DNA of 64,000 nucleotides from Clostridia bacterium (GCA_017524665.1 JAFXVF010000015.1:135628-199627), one strand, 5' to 3'. Counted from the stretch's first letter, positions 19,588 to 30,751 are shown. The notes: generated by a model not told the origin, from the letters alone. Numbers and translations: made by a program.

Positions 19588-21090
19588 TCAAGCTAAAGGC
19601 TTCATAGTTGGGAAGAATAACACATCTCTTATTGATGCGCTGTTTGTAAGTAGCATTATTAATCTATCTAGTCCAATTCCAAGTCCACCTGTTGGAGGTA
19701 ATCCTATTTCAAGTGCATTTACAAAGTCTTCATCCATTCCTCCTGCTTCTTCATCTCCTAAAGCTTTTGCTTCTGCTTGTTTTAAGAATCTTTCATTTTG
19801 GTCAATCGCATCATTCAATTCTGAATATGCATTTCCATATTCACGTCCTCCTATAAATAGCTCAAATCTTTCAACTAAGCTTTTATTAGATGGTTTTCTC
19901 TTTGTTAAAGGTGAAACTTCAACTGGGTAGTCAATTATAAATGTTGGCTGAATTAATGTCTCTTCAACAAATTCTTCAAAGAATGCATTTATAATGTGTC
20001 CTCTTGTATTCTTTATTGGGTCAATCTCAACTTTCTTTTCGTCAGCAAGTTTTCTTGCTTCTTCATCTGTTTTTATAGTATTGAAATCTATTCCTGTTAC
20101 TTCTTTAATTGCATCAATCATTGTAACTCTTCTCCATGAAGGAGTTAAGTCAATGTCTTGCCCTTGATAGTTTATTTTTGTTGTGCCTAATACGTTTTTA
20201 GCTATTGTTGAAATTATTTCTTCTGCGATATTCATCATGTCATTATAGTCCTCATATGCAGAATAAAGCTCTATGTTAGTAAATTCAGGGTTGTGCTTAA
20301 TATCCATTCCTTCATTTCTAAAGTTTCTTCCTATTTCGTAAACTTTATCAATTCCACCTACTATAATTCTCTTTAAATTTAATTCTGGTGCAATTCTTAA
20401 ATACATATCTAGGTCTAATGTGTTATGGTGAGTAATAAATGGACGTGCAGCATCTCCTGTTGCTACTGTTGTAAGTATTGGAGTTTCTACTTCCATGTAT
20501 CCTTTTTCATCAAGAATTCTTCTTAATTCTTTTATTATTTTGCTTCTTAATACAAAGGTTTCTTTTACCTCTGGGTTTACTATCATGTCAACATATCTTT
20601 GTCTGTATCTTAAGTCTGTATCTTTTAAACCATGGAATTTTTCTGGTAATGGACGAAGTGATTTTGAAAGTAATACAACTTTTTTAGCATGAACAGAAAT
20701 TTCTTCTGTTCTTGTTTTAAATACAAATCCTTCTATTCCAACAATATCACCAATGTCATAAGTTTTAAATTCTTTATAGCTTTCTTCGCCCAAATCATTT
20801 ATACTTACATAACTTTGTATTTGTCCATACATGTCCTGAATATGGCAGAATGAAGCTTTTCCCATTATTCTTTTAGCCATAATACGTCCTGCAATTTTTA
20901 CATCTTTTCCTTCTAACTCTGCATAATTATCTTTTACATCAGCGCTTGTATGTGTTCTATCATATTTTGTTATTTCAAATGGATCTTTTCCTGCATCTTG
21001 TAATTCTTTTAATTTTTCTCTTCTAACCTTCATTAATTGATTAATGTCTAATTCTTGCTCTTGTACATTTTCGTTTTCATTTTCGCTCAT
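19588..21090 (-). CDS. lysS: lysine--tRNA ligase (class II)
   Basis: 500 aa. N-terminal OB anticodon-binding domain and class II motifs (FRNEG, GGxGxGxDR at the C-terminus). Confidence 0.95.
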   Translation of the reverse strand: MSENENENVQEQELDINQLMKVRREKLKELQDAGKDPFEITKYDRTHTSADVKDNYAELEGKDVKIAGRIMAKRIMGKASFCHIQDMYGQIQSYVSINDLGEESYKEFKTYDIGDIVGIEGFVFKTRTEEISVHAKKVVLLSKSLRPLPEKFHGLKDTDLRYRQRYVDMIVNPEVKETFVLRSKIIKELRRILDEKGYMEVETPILTTVATGDAARPFITHHNTLDLDMYLRIAPELNLKRIIVGGIDKVYEIGRNFRNEGMDIKHNPEFTNIELYSAYEDYNDMMNIAEEIISTIAKNVLGTTKINYQGQDIDLTPSWRRVTMIDAIKEVTGIDFNTIKTDEEARKLADEKKVEIDPIKNTRGHIINAFFEEFVEETLIQPTFIIDYPVEVSPLTKRKPSNKSLVERFELFIGGREYGNAYSELNDAIDQNERFLKQAEAKALGDEEAGGMDEDFVNALEIGLPPTGGLGIGLDRLIMLLTNSASIRDVLFFPTMKPLA

Positions 21091-21211
21091 AATAATAGCT
21101 CCTCTCCTATTTTATCGCATATATTATATACCACATGTGCTGTTTTGTAAACTAAAAAAAGCAAATTTTTAAGGTTATAATAATTGATTTTTTAGGGGTT
21201 GGAGCTTTTTG

Positions 21212-22840
21212 TTATTTATTGTTTTTTCTTAGCTCTTTTGCATGATTTAATGTTACTTCTGTAATCACTCCGCTTGCAATTCTTGCTATTTCTTGTATGG
21301 TTTCTTCTTCGGTTAATCGTTTTACTTCTGTTTTTGTTTTGTTTCCATGAACTTGTTTTCCTATGAAATAATTGTATTCACCTGTAGCAGCAATACTTGC
21401 AAGATGAGTAACACAAATAACTTGGTGTTTATTTGATATTCTGTTTAATTTTTCTGCTACAGCATTTGCTGCTGCTCCACTAATTCCTGTATCAATTTCG
21501 TCAAATACAAGAATTGGTACTTCATCTACATCTGCAAGAACAGTTTTAATTGCAAGCATTATTCTAGACATTTCTCCTCCAGATGCTATCTTAATAAGAG
21601 GTTTTGCGTCTTCTCCTACATTTGTTTTAATTAAGAATTCTACTGAATCTAGCCCTGTTGATTTAAATTCTCCTTCTTTTAAGTTAATTGAAACTTCAAA
21701 CTTTGCATTTTTCATTTCTAAGTCTTTTAGTTCTTCGTTTATTTTACTTTCTAATATCTTTGCTTCTTTTTGCCTTGTGTCATGTATTTGCTTTGCAATA
21801 TTTGTCATCTCTTCTTCCATATTTTTAGCCTGGTTTTTAAGGTCTATAATATAGTTTTCCAAATTTTCTATTTTAGATATTTCTTGCTCAGTTTCATCTT
21901 TGTATTCAAGAATTTCTTTTATACTGTTACCATATTTTCTTTTTAGTGAAAATATTAAGTCAAGCCTTTCTTCTATTTCTTCAATTCTTTCATCCTCAAA
22001 TGAAACATCTTCTGTATAGCTACTAATATCTCTGCCTGTTTCTTGCAATTCATAATATATATTTTTTAATTCACTAAGAGATTTTGCATAGTCTGCATCA
22101 TATTCTTCTATTTTTTCTAAAGCTCTAATTGCTGAGCTTATTGCATCTATACTAACTTCGTCTATTTGATTATTTGCAATTTGAAGATTCTCAGCTATCT
22201 TCTGTGTGTTTGATATTTTTTCTTTTTGGAGTTGTAGCTCATCATCTTCACCAATTTTTAACTTTGCATCAGATATTTCTTTTGCTTGATATTTAAGCAA
22301 ATCAAGTCTCCTTTGCTTTTCTTTGTCATCACCATAGTTTTCTTTTAAAGCACTTTTTACTTCAAGATATTTAGCATAAATTTCTTGATATCTCTGTTTA
22401 TTGTTTTCTATACATTCTTGACTAAATGCATCTAATAGTGCTAAATGAGTTCCAGCGTTCATTAATGTTTGATTGTCATGTTGTCCATGTATGTCAATAA
22501 TATCTGTCATGAAGTCTCTAAGCTCATTTACAGTAACCATTCGGCCATTTATTTTGCAAAGGTTTCTGCCATTAGTCCATATTTCACGAGATATAATTAT
22601 ATCTCCATCAATGCTATTAGGGTTATTTGGCAAATATAAGCATGCTTCTACAAATGAGCTTTCTTCTCCTTGGCGTATCATTTCTTTTGAAAATCTTTCG
22701 CCAGATAAAATTGATAATGAGTCAATTATTAATGTTTTCCCTGCTCCAGTTTCTCCTGTTAAGACATTTAATCCATTATTTAAGTCAATACTAATATCGT
22801 CTATAATACCTATATTTTTAATATGTAGAGTCGTTATCAT
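21212..22840 (-). CDS. recN: DNA repair protein RecN
   Basis: Walker A GETGAGKT at the N-terminus, a long coiled coil, and a C-terminal ABC signature (SGGEMSRIMLA) with D-loop. Confidence 0.9.
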   Translation of the reverse strand: MITTLHIKNIGIIDDISIDLNNGLNVLTGETGAGKTLIIDSLSILSGERFSKEMIRQGEESSFVEACLYLPNNPNSIDGDIIISREIWTNGRNLCKINGRMVTVNELRDFMTDIIDIHGQHDNQTLMNAGTHLALLDAFSQECIENNKQRYQEIYAKYLEVKSALKENYGDDKEKQRRLDLLKYQAKEISDAKLKIGEDDELQLQKEKISNTQKIAENLQIANNQIDEVSIDAISSAIRALEKIEEYDADYAKSLSELKNIYYELQETGRDISSYTEDVSFEDERIEEIEERLDLIFSLKRKYGNSIKEILEYKDETEQEISKIENLENYIIDLKNQAKNMEEEMTNIAKQIHDTRQKEAKILESKINEELKDLEMKNAKFEVSINLKEGEFKSTGLDSVEFLIKTNVGEDAKPLIKIASGGEMSRIMLAIKTVLADVDEVPILVFDEIDTGISGAAANAVAEKLNRISNKHQVICVTHLASIAATGEYNYFIGKQVHGNKTKTEVKRLTEEETIQEIARIASGVITEVTLNHAKELRKNNK

Positions 22841-22994
22841 ATTACCATCTCCTAAACGTATGTTTGTTTATGGGATGATGATATACCAAACGAATGTTTT
22901 TGTCAATAGTTTTTTTCATTTTTCCAAAATTAGTTTCAAGTATTGACTTTTAGCTTAAAAATATGTTAAACTTAATAAGGTTTCAAGTTAATAT

Positions 22995-23069
22995 GGCCCC
23001 TTGGTCAAGCGGTTAAGACGCAGCCCTCTCAAGGCTGAATCATGGGTTCGATTCCCGTAGGGGTCACCA
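22995..23069 (+). tRNA. tRNA-Glu (anticodon CUC)
   Basis: 75 nt with 3' CCA. Cloverleaf: acceptor GGCCCCT/GGGGTCA; anticodon stem CAGCC/GGCTG with loop CTCTCAA; T-arm GGGTTCGATTCCC. Close to B. subtilis tRNA-Glu. Confidence 0.8.
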
Positions 23070-23071
23070 AA

Positions 23072-23108
23072 AGAAAGACTGGACGAATTAATTCGTTCAG
23101 TCTTTTTA
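23072..23108. terminator. intrinsic terminator after tRNA-Glu
   Basis: Hairpin agactggacgaatt/aattcgttcagtct followed by ttttt. Confidence 0.6.
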
Positions 23109-23498
23109 TATTTCCTCAATGCACATTTTTAAAATGTCTTTTAATCTTTGTTCTTGTCCATTTAAATATAAGTATCCAATAAGTCCTTCTAATGCTGTTG
23201 CTAATCTATATTCCATAACATCAGCACTCTTAGGTAAATGATGGTTTTCGGTATTCCTTGCACGTCTTACAATTTCTAATTCATCTTCTGTAAGTTCTGG
23301 CTTTATTTTTTCTAAAATATTTGCTTGTGCGCCAGCTTTTACATACTTTATTGTTTCAATATGTAGTTTGTGTGGGTTTAGCTTAGTGTTTTTCACTAAA
23401 TGTTTTCTTACATATAGCTCATAAACTGCATCTCCAACATATGCCCATACTAATGGAGATGTTGTATTTAGTTCCATTTCATTTTTAATTTGTTCCAT
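23106..23498 (-). CDS. mrnC: Mini-ribonuclease 3
   Basis: 130 aa. N-terminal LVWAYVGDAVYELYVR motif typical of Mini-III RNase (YazC/MrnC). Confidence 0.85.
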   Translation of the reverse strand: MEQIKNEMELNTTSPLVWAYVGDAVYELYVRKHLVKNTKLNPHKLHIETIKYVKAGAQANILEKIKPELTEDELEIVRRARNTENHHLPKSADVMEYRLATALEGLIGYLYLNGQEQRLKDILKMCIEEI

Positions 23499-23499
23499 T

Positions 23500-24396
23500 C
23501 TACTTCACCTTCTCTAAGGTAATTCTTCCAATTTTTCCGCTTCTAAAATCTTCTAAAATCACTCTAGCTACTTTATTTTGATCTATTGCTCCTCCAGACA
23601 TAATTGCTCCACGCTTTTTACCTATTAGCTCTATAATTTGTATTATTCTTTCTGTATTATCACTGTTGTTTTTGTAAATACTATCTATTTCATCATCAGT
23701 AAGTTTATATCTTGCTTTTAATTCGGTTTGATAATTTTCATTTAAGAAGTTAATCAAATGATATGCAATTTCATATTCGTCTATTATTTCATCTTTAATT
23801 GCTCCAATAAATGAAAGATTTAGTGCAACTTCTTTATTTTCAAACTTTGGCCATAGCACACCTGGTGTATCTAATAGCTCAACATTATTATCTATACGTA
23901 CCCATTGTTTTTGTTTTGTAACACCTGGCTTGTTTCCTACTATTGCTGAATTCTTTTTTGTAATTCTATTTATAAACGAAGATTTGCCTACATTTGGTAT
24001 TCCTAGTACCATTACTCTAATGTTTTTCTGTACTCGTCCTTTTTGTTCATGTTTAATTAATTCGTCTTTCATTATCTCATTTATTTTACCTATTACTTCT
24101 TTTGTTCCAGTACCGGTATTACAATTTGCAATGATTGCAATTGTGTTTTTAGTATTAAAATAGCTTTGCCAACGTTTATTCTCATTTTCATCTGACAAGT
24201 CACTTTTATTAAGTATAACTATACGTTTTTTTCCATCTATGATTTTCGCCATATCAGGATTTTGAGAAGATTTTGGAGCTCTTGCATCTAATATTTCTAT
24301 AACTACATCTACAAGCTTTAAATCATCTTGTATCTGTTTTTTTGTTTTCGCCATATGTCCAGGATACCAATTTATATTAGTTTTATTTTCTTCCAT
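23500..24396 (-). CDS. rbgA: ribosome biogenesis GTPase A
   Basis: Circularly permuted GTPase. INWYPGHMAKTKK at the N-terminus, DARAP, NKSDL, GIPNVGKSS motifs (YlqF/RbgA). Confidence 0.9.
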   Translation of the reverse strand: MEENKTNINWYPGHMAKTKKQIQDDLKLVDVVIEILDARAPKSSQNPDMAKIIDGKKRIVILNKSDLSDENENKRWQSYFNTKNTIAIIANCNTGTGTKEVIGKINEIMKDELIKHEQKGRVQKNIRVMVLGIPNVGKSSFINRITKKNSAIVGNKPGVTKQKQWVRIDNNVELLDTPGVLWPKFENKEVALNLSFIGAIKDEIIDEYEIAYHLINFLNENYQTELKARYKLTDDEIDSIYKNNSDNTERIIQIIELIGKKRGAIMSGGAIDQNKVARVILEDFRSGKIGRITLEKVK

Positions 24397-24411
24397 TTAT
24401 ATCACTTCCTT

Positions 24412-24933
24412 TTATCGTTCTTCTAATTCTTTATCAAATAATAACTCTTTTTCGACACCTCTAAAAAATTTTACTAGTTTTTCTTTAGTATCTAAACCAT
24501 CTCTATCTATTTTAGATCTTCCATCACTCATAATATTTATAATTGTAATAATAAATTTATTAGTTATCGAAGCATCTTTAGAACCATTATAAAAACTAAC
24601 TAATATATCTTGTTTTTGTCTTTGAATTTTCATATATTTTTGTTTTTTTTCTGCTGTCATATCATCCTCTATTACTAAATCACCATTTGCATCCAAAAGA
24701 GTATTTAAGTGTTTATATAACGGATCATATTGAGGAATTGAAAAATTCACACTGTCTGTTTCTTCATCTGAAAAAGTAAAAGCTTCAAATCCAAAATCAT
24801 CTGTCATTGACATTGTTAAGATTTTTGATGGTTCTCCATCTTGCATATATCCTTTATCAATTATCACTCTTCTACCATCATTATTTAATTTGATTATATT
24901 TCCATCATCTAGTATTTTCTTTTTTTCCATCAA
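24412..24933 (-). CDS. hypothetical protein (173 aa)
   Basis: Clean ORF inside the direct-repeat-bounded segment; no family recognised. Confidence 0.45.
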   Translation of the reverse strand: MMEKKKILDDGNIIKLNNDGRRVIIDKGYMQDGEPSKILTMSMTDDFGFEAFTFSDEETDSVNFSIPQYDPLYKHLNTLLDANGDLVIEDDMTAEKKQKYMKIQRQKQDILVSFYNGSKDASITNKFIITIINIMSDGRSKIDRDGLDTKEKLVKFFRGVEKELLFDKELEER

Positions 24934-25110
24934 TTGCGCTCCTTTTATATTAAATATGTAAAAATCTCAATTCCATTTTTTCAGTATTTTCAATGGTTTA
25001 AGTCAATGTTTATATAAATTGGTTTCTCGCAATTGATATTAGTTTTATTTTCATTCATTTGGATCAACTCCTTTTATAACATTCATTTATAATACATACA
25101 TATCATTATT

Positions 25111-25935
25111 TTAAAGATTTGTAATATCATAATAAGACTTTTCAAAATTATCTTTGTATTTGTTTATATTTCTAAATTTACCAGTTAATAATTCTCTAGA
25201 ATAATTATCAAATTCTGGATTATTTTTGCTATCTTCTAATTCTTGATTTATATCATATTTTAAAGAAACAAATTCATATCCTATGTCAGAATATTCTTTA
25301 CTATTTATTTGGCCCTCAATAATCAAATAATCAGCATTTGTTGTATTTTTAGCATTGCCATCTTTTCTTTCATTTCTAATTACATCAAAAGCGTTACCAA
25401 CAGAGCCAACATTTATTAATGTTCTATTGTATAATTTCATTAAATTTTGCATATGAGTATGTGCATATACAATAACATCTGCTACATTATCGCTTGTATT
25501 TTCAGTTGGTAAGAATAGACTGTAAATATCATCTATTCTGTCTATTGATAATATATTATCCCATGCGTTATTAGGATTAGCATGAAACATTCTTACTAGT
25601 CTACCACTAATATATATTTCACAACATAATGGAAGAGATTTCAATCTTGTTTTGTTTTCTTTTGAAAGTTGTTCATTAAGCAAATTATATCTTTCCCATG
25701 CACTATTTGACGAACAAATTCTATTATTAAAAAAGTCCTCCCAATTTCCATAAACCATTGTAGTATTTTTTAATAGATCTAAACATTCATTTGGTCTAGT
25801 TCCCTTTCCAATCGTATCTCCCAAACAGTATATTTGTTCAATGCCTCTTTTTTTTATATCCAATAATATGGTTTTTAATGCTTCTAAATTACCATGAATA
25901 TCAGAAATAACTGCAATTTTTTTCATATATATCAC
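25111..25935 (-). CDS. metallophosphoesterase (PPP-family Ser/Thr phosphatase / PrpE-like)
   Basis: Motifs [15 protein letters not shown] and AHTHM mark calcineurin-like phosphoesterase metal-binding sites. Confidence 0.7.
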   Translation of the reverse strand: MIYMKKIAVISDIHGNLEALKTILLDIKKRGIEQIYCLGDTIGKGTRPNECLDLLKNTTMVYGNWEDFFNNRICSSNSAWERYNLLNEQLSKENKTRLKSLPLCCEIYISGRLVRMFHANPNNAWDNILSIDRIDDIYSLFLPTENTSDNVADVIVYAHTHMQNLMKLYNRTLINVGSVGNAFDVIRNERKDGNAKNTTNADYLIIEGQINSKEYSDIGYEFVSLKYDINQELEDSKNNPEFDNYSRELLTGKFRNINKYKDNFEKSYYDITNL

Positions 25936-26127
25936 CTCATTCTTTTTGGTCTTGTCTAGCTGTTCTCACCATATCAATTCCTAAGCAATTTTTACTTAAA
26001 AACTCTCTGTTTTATCTATTTTTCATCAACTTTAGCATATTATATTCTAAAACATGCGAGATCTATTTTTGAGTTTTTCCTTATATTATAAGGATTTAGG
26101 AGTGGTCTTGACTAAATTGTTATCAAC

Positions 26128-26175
26128 CAGTTTATATTAGTTTTATTATCTTCCATCTATATCACTTCCTTATTA
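26128..26175 (-). pseudogene. remnant duplicate of the rbgA 5' end (RBS + first 10 codons: MEDNKTNINW then stop)
   Basis: About 47 nt match 24363-24410 (the rbgA RBS/start) with 4 mismatches. It reads ggaagtgatatag ATG GAA GAT AAT AAA ACT AAT ATA AAC TGG and stops soon after. Confidence 0.6.
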
Positions 26176-26197
26176 TAAAAAATCAATTTTAATTTCT

Positions 26198-26662
26198 TTA
26201 TTCTTCTTTCTTTGTTTTTATCATTGTAAAATGAAATTCCTTCTCTTTATCAGCAATAAAGCCTAACTTTTTATACAACTTTCCAACAGGATTTTGCTTG
26301 AAATATTGAATTTCAATATCAAAATTCTTATATTTTTCTAATATATCTTTTAGAATTTTTGTTCCTATTCCTCTACCCTGATATTCAGGAATAATACATA
26401 TATTACCAATTTCATAATGCCCATTATCTAATAATTCTCCATTATAAAATCCTATCTTTGCATCTCCATAAACAATTATAAATGCATTATTTTTAACTGA
26501 TTCAATAAATTTTTCAAAATACTGTCTTTGAGTTTCTTCAATCCATTTTCCCCAACATTCTTCAACATATTTTTGATATGCATTTTTCTTTACTTTATAT
26601 ACAAATTCATAGTCTTCATCTGCATATGGTACTAATTTAATTTTTTCTTCCATTTTAATCAA
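26198..26662 (-). CDS. GNAT family N-acetyltransferase
   Basis: 154 aa. Acetyl-CoA binding motif (QGRGIGTKIL). Confidence 0.7.
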   Translation of the reverse strand: MIKMEEKIKLVPYADEDYEFVYKVKKNAYQKYVEECWGKWIEETQRQYFEKFIESVKNNAFIIVYGDAKIGFYNGELLDNGHYEIGNICIIPEYQGRGIGTKILKDILEKYKNFDIEIQYFKQNPVGKLYKKLGFIADKEKEFHFTMIKTKKEE

Positions 26663-26670
26663 CTCTTTTC

Positions 26671-27084
26671 TTATTTATTTAAAATCATTCCATACCCTAA
26701 ATTGGCATCAGTTCTTTTTATAAATCCAAATTTTTCATAAAATTTTTCTCTATCTTTAGAAGCACCTAAATACACTCTTAAATCTGGATTTTCTTTTTTT
26801 ATCTCACTTGTTCTTTCTAATATTTTTTTCATTATCATTGTTCCTATTTTATTACCTTGATATTCTGGTTTTACCATAATATCTTGTATATATAGAAAGC
26901 ATATTGCATCTCCTATTATTCTCCCATAACCAACAATTTTTTTATCATCATAAACACTTACTGAATAAAATGTATTATCTAATGCTTTTTTTGTAATTCT
27001 TTCATCATAAGCTCCCCATCCAACTGCATCATATAATAAATTAAACTCCTTAACATTTTTTATATTCTCTTTAATATTTATCAT
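26671..27084 (-). CDS. GNAT family N-acetyltransferase
   Basis: 137 aa. Motif A (QGNKIGTMIMKKI). Confidence 0.7.
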   Translation of the reverse strand: MINIKENIKNVKEFNLLYDAVGWGAYDERITKKALDNTFYSVSVYDDKKIVGYGRIIGDAICFLYIQDIMVKPEYQGNKIGTMIMKKILERTSEIKKENPDLRVYLGASKDREKFYEKFGFIKRTDANLGYGMILNK

Positions 27085-27608
27085 TTAAATTCTCCCTCAT
27101 TAGAACAGTCCTCTTTAATCTTTTTTAAATAGTCGCAAACCTTAGTAAAACAAGAAATCTGATCGTCATTTAATTGTTTTTTATTCACCATTTCTTTTAG
27201 ACTATCCATAGTAAACCACTTTACTTCACTTAATTCATCCTCCTGAATTGTAATATCATTTATTTCTATATCTTTATTTACAAAATACATTTTATAACAA
27301 TCTTTGCCATCACATCCAGAATCATATTCAATAGATTTTTCATTAGAAAAATCTAATCCTAGTTCTTCTTTTACTTCAGTAATAATTCCTTCAATAGGAG
27401 ACTCACCAGATTTTGGGTGTCCACCAGTTACACCCCAATCTCCGCCCTTAGCCTTAACTCTTTTTTGCATTAAAAACTCTCCTTTTGAATTTCTAATTAC
27501 TACCATAACAACCATAGGATAATATCCACTAGGAATTATGTCCCCTTTATGATACGTTTTATTTGTTTTATTACCAAATTTATCATATAAATCTCTTAAT
27601 TCTGCCAT
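27081..27608 (-). CDS. NUDIX hydrolase
   Basis: Nudix box GGHPKSGESPIEGIITEVKEELGL (Gx5Ex7REUxEExGU-like). Confidence 0.75.
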   Translation of the reverse strand: MAELRDLYDKFGNKTNKTYHKGDIIPSGYYPMVVMVVIRNSKGEFLMQKRVKAKGGDWGVTGGHPKSGESPIEGIITEVKEELGLDFSNEKSIEYDSGCDGKDCYKMYFVNKDIEINDITIQEDELSEVKWFTMDSLKEMVNKKQLNDDQISCFTKVCDYLKKIKEDCSNEGEFK

Positions 27609-27686
27609 TTCCCCACACCTTTTTTAAAACTTTAACCATCAATACCAAGTATCGAAAGCTATGCCATTTTGCATATTTTTAATTTT

Positions 27687-28106
27687 TTATTTCTTATATC
27701 TTTTATCTCCCCACCAATTAGGAACCAAATCTTTTAATAAAACTACCTTTCTACTTTCATAATCTGTTAATATTTCCATATTTCTATTTTCATAAGATAA
27801 TTGCATCAAAAATTCTCTGCAAGCACCACAAGGCATTCCTCCATTAATCTTAGGTGGCTCATTTCTAAAAGCTATCATCCTTTTAATTTTTGTTTCTCCT
27901 GTATTAATATACATATTAAGTGCTGCAACTCTTTCTGCACATAAATTCATAACTCCACTTGCACCTTCTATACAAAATCCTGTAAATATTTTCCCACTCT
28001 CACTTTGCACAGCTGCTACAACATGATGAGCTTGTATAAATGGTGAAATATCTTCTGGATGGTATTGTTCTTTTGCTTTTAAATACATTTCTTCCCATAT
28101 ATCCAT
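27687..28106 (-). CDS. cytidine/deoxycytidylate deaminase-fold protein (blasticidin-S-deaminase-like)
   Basis: Zinc ligand motifs CAERVA and PCGACREF. Confidence 0.6.
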   Translation of the reverse strand: MDIWEEMYLKAKEQYHPEDISPFIQAHHVVAAVQSESGKIFTGFCIEGASGVMNLCAERVAALNMYINTGETKIKRMIAFRNEPPKINGGMPCGACREFLMQLSYENRNMEILTDYESRKVVLLKDLVPNWWGDKRYKK

Positions 28107-28195
28107 ATAATTTATCTCCTTTATAAATCTTCACCGTACTTGGTTTAATGTAATAACCTATTTCTTAATTTGTTTTTTATTTAATATGTAAAAAT

Positions 28196-28780
28196 CTAAT
28201 TTTTACCATAAGTTTCTTGTAATTCAATCTCCGCCTTTTTTACAAAAAAATCATTCCCCTTAACTGGTATATTATTATCTATAATAACGTTCTTCATTTC
28301 ATCTATAGAATTATAGAATTTGTTAGCATAATTACATTTATCTTCTATCTCAATATAAATGTGTTTATTATTTACATTTTGAATAACTAATTCATCTTTA
28401 TCTGTTGCATAAACAAGTATATGATCATTTATTCTAATCAGCTCTTCAAAATCTAATTTTTCAAATAAAAATTTTGAGTTATCAATATCATCTATTTTTA
28501 TTTTTACTTTTCCCTGTTTAATAATTTCTTTCTTCTCATTATATTCTTTATATTTATAAGTTAACATTTTGGTTTCTTTGTTTTCTTCAATAATATCTCT
28601 AATTAAGACACATTTATTTAGCATTGATAAATAATCGCCTTTTTTATTATTTTTATTAATTAAATAAATATCATTTAGATCATAAGTCTCTTTTAATTTA
28701 AATCCTCTACTTTTTATAATATCAATTAAATCTTCTAAAGAAGTGTCTACCTCAACAGTTATTTCATTTTCATAATTCAT
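28196..28780 (-). CDS. hypothetical protein, possibly CYTH-like
   Basis: N-terminal NEITVEVD...FKLKET pattern is weakly reminiscent of a CYTH/class IV adenylyl cyclase fold. Low confidence in the function. Confidence 0.4.
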   Translation of the reverse strand: MNYENEITVEVDTSLEDLIDIIKSRGFKLKETYDLNDIYLINKNNKKGDYLSMLNKCVLIRDIIEENKETKMLTYKYKEYNEKKEIIKQGKVKIKIDDIDNSKFLFEKLDFEELIRINDHILVYATDKDELVIQNVNNKHIYIEIEDKCNYANKFYNSIDEMKNVIIDNNIPVKGNDFFVKKAEIELQETYGKN

Positions 28781-28853
28781 CTATATCACTTTCTTTCTAA
28801 GGAATATCCAAGATATTGATTATTCTCATAAAAAATATCAATAAATTCCACAT

Positions 28854-29537
28854 CTATGCTTTTTGAATTAAAACATGATAATGGTATGATTCTGTCACTT
28901 TATTTTCTTTTGCAAAATACTCAATTTCTTGATGTACATTTATAATGTTAAAATTACTAAATAGCTCTTTTACAAGATTATAATCTGCATAAAAATGTGG
29001 TACCTTGTATTCTGGTCCTTCTTCCATTCTAAGTCTCGTATTTTCATCTACTAATGGCCAATCCTCATGCTTAAATCCCCACGTATCTTTTGACCCTAAT
29101 GTTAAATAGCATTCGCCTCCATGTTTCATTACTTTATCTAGTTGTTTTACTATTTGCTTCATTCCTTCTGTGTCGGTATGAGAAATAACATTTCTGCATA
29201 AAATGCAATCAAATTGTTCATTATTATATGGTAATTCAAGCATATCTCCAACCTTATAGTCAAAATACAAGTTTTCACTTTCAGCCCATTGTTTAGTTCT
29301 ATTAATTGCATCTTGGCTTATGTCAAAGCAACTAACATCAAATCCATTTTTTCCAAATAAAACTGAATGTCTTCCTAAGCCACATCCTAAATCAAGAAAA
29401 GATTTTTTGTCTTGGGATTTCCATCTGTTTAGCAGATAATATGATTCCATACTTGGCTTTTTCCAAAATTCTTCTCGTTCATCTTTTACTATCTCCCAAT
29501 TCCATCCTTTTGACTCTATCATATTAATTTCCTCCAT
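28854..29537 (-). CDS. class I SAM-dependent methyltransferase
   Basis: Motif I LDLGCGLGRHS. Confidence 0.7.
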   Translation of the reverse strand: MEEINMIESKGWNWEIVKDEREEFWKKPSMESYYLLNRWKSQDKKSFLDLGCGLGRHSVLFGKNGFDVSCFDISQDAINRTKQWAESENLYFDYKVGDMLELPYNNEQFDCILCRNVISHTDTEGMKQIVKQLDKVMKHGGECYLTLGSKDTWGFKHEDWPLVDENTRLRMEEGPEYKVPHFYADYNLVKELFSNFNIINVHQEIEYFAKENKVTESYHYHVLIQKA

Positions 29538-29543
29538 AATTTT

Positions 29544-30332
29544 CTATAAGGGTTTTATATAATTTAATTCTTCCAAATACTCTACTGATTCTTTTAAATA
29601 TTCTACTTTGCACTCAATATTCCAAATTGCATTTGGTGTATATTGCTCTGCTAAGCTTAGAACTTCCTTAACATTAATTGTTCCATTTGTTAACCCCAAA
29701 TGTTCATCATCTTTGTTATATCCTAATACCGTTTGTTTTCCATGATTATTATGTAGATGATAATATGCAATCCTATCTTTCAGTGTTTTTATCCATTCTT
29801 CAACTGGCATATTTGAATTAGCATTAGCATGTCCTATATCTAAGCATATTTTTACTCTACTATCATTTACTTCATCGATTAAATTCATTAATAATTCACT
29901 ATCTGACTCGAATTGATTTTCTATGCAAATTGTTATGGAATCATCTTTGTCTTCTAAAAATTTGTTTAGAAGTTCTTTTGCTCTTTTTATCCAGCCGTTA
30001 TACCAGTCTGTTCCTGGCTTGTAATTACTATGTATTACCATTTCAGTACACCCTAATTCTTTTGCTATGCAATATGCTTCGTTATATATTTTAAGCATAG
30101 CATCTTGTAATTCAATTATTTTCGTACCTAGGTTTAAATCCCAAAATGGAGCATGATATGATTTCCCTTTGTGAATTCTTTTTATGTTTTCTAAATATTT
30201 AGTTTTTAATCCTTCTTTATTGTCTATATACGGATTATAGAATCCTTGTACCTCTAGCCCCAAATTATTTTTTTCGCATAAATCTATTGTTGTTATTATA
30301 TCTCCATCATCGCATAATCTTATATCTTTCAT
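29544..30332 (-). CDS. sugar phosphate isomerase/epimerase (xylose-isomerase-like TIM barrel)
   Basis: Motifs HAPF, MVIHSNY, ICIENQ and CLDIGHAN are typical of AP-endonuclease-2/xylose-isomerase-like TIM barrel proteins. Confidence 0.65.
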   Translation of the reverse strand: MKDIRLCDDGDIITTIDLCEKNNLGLEVQGFYNPYIDNKEGLKTKYLENIKRIHKGKSYHAPFWDLNLGTKIIELQDAMLKIYNEAYCIAKELGCTEMVIHSNYKPGTDWYNGWIKRAKELLNKFLEDKDDSITICIENQFESDSELLMNLIDEVNDSRVKICLDIGHANANSNMPVEEWIKTLKDRIAYYHLHNNHGKQTVLGYNKDDEHLGLTNGTINVKEVLSLAEQYTPNAIWNIECKVEYLKESVEYLEELNYIKPL

Positions 30333-30355
30333 ATTAATCTCCTTTGCTCTGTATC

Positions 30356-30751
30356 TTATAATTTAAAACCATATGGTAACAAGTCTTTTATTGTGTATTC
30401 TTCAATAGTATTATTTTTACCTATAACTCGTATTTTAAATTCATCATCTACAAATTCACTAATAAACTGCCTGCAATAACCACAAGGCATACATTCGTCT
30501 GTAGGTTCTTCTCCTTTTTTTCCACCTACAATAGTGATGCTTTTAAATTCTTTTTCCCCTTCTGAAATAGCTTTAGCAAAAGCTGTTCTTTCAGCACATA
30601 TTCCCTGTATTCCATGATTCTCAATATTGCATCCTAAATATACTTTTCCACTCTTTGTTCTAAGTACAGCTCCTACCTGAAAATTACTATATGGTGAATA
30701 TGAATTAAGTCTTGCTTGTTTTGCAAGTTCAATATCTTCATCTAGCATCAA
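30356..30751 (-). CDS. cdd: cytidine deaminase
   Basis: 131 aa. CAERTA, and PCGYCRQF Zn ligands. Confidence 0.85.
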   Translation of the reverse strand: MMLDEDIELAKQARLNSYSPYSNFQVGAVLRTKSGKVYLGCNIENHGIQGICAERTAFAKAISEGEKEFKSITIVGGKKGEEPTDECMPCGYCRQFISEFVDDEFKIRVIGKNNTIEEYTIKDLLPYGFKL

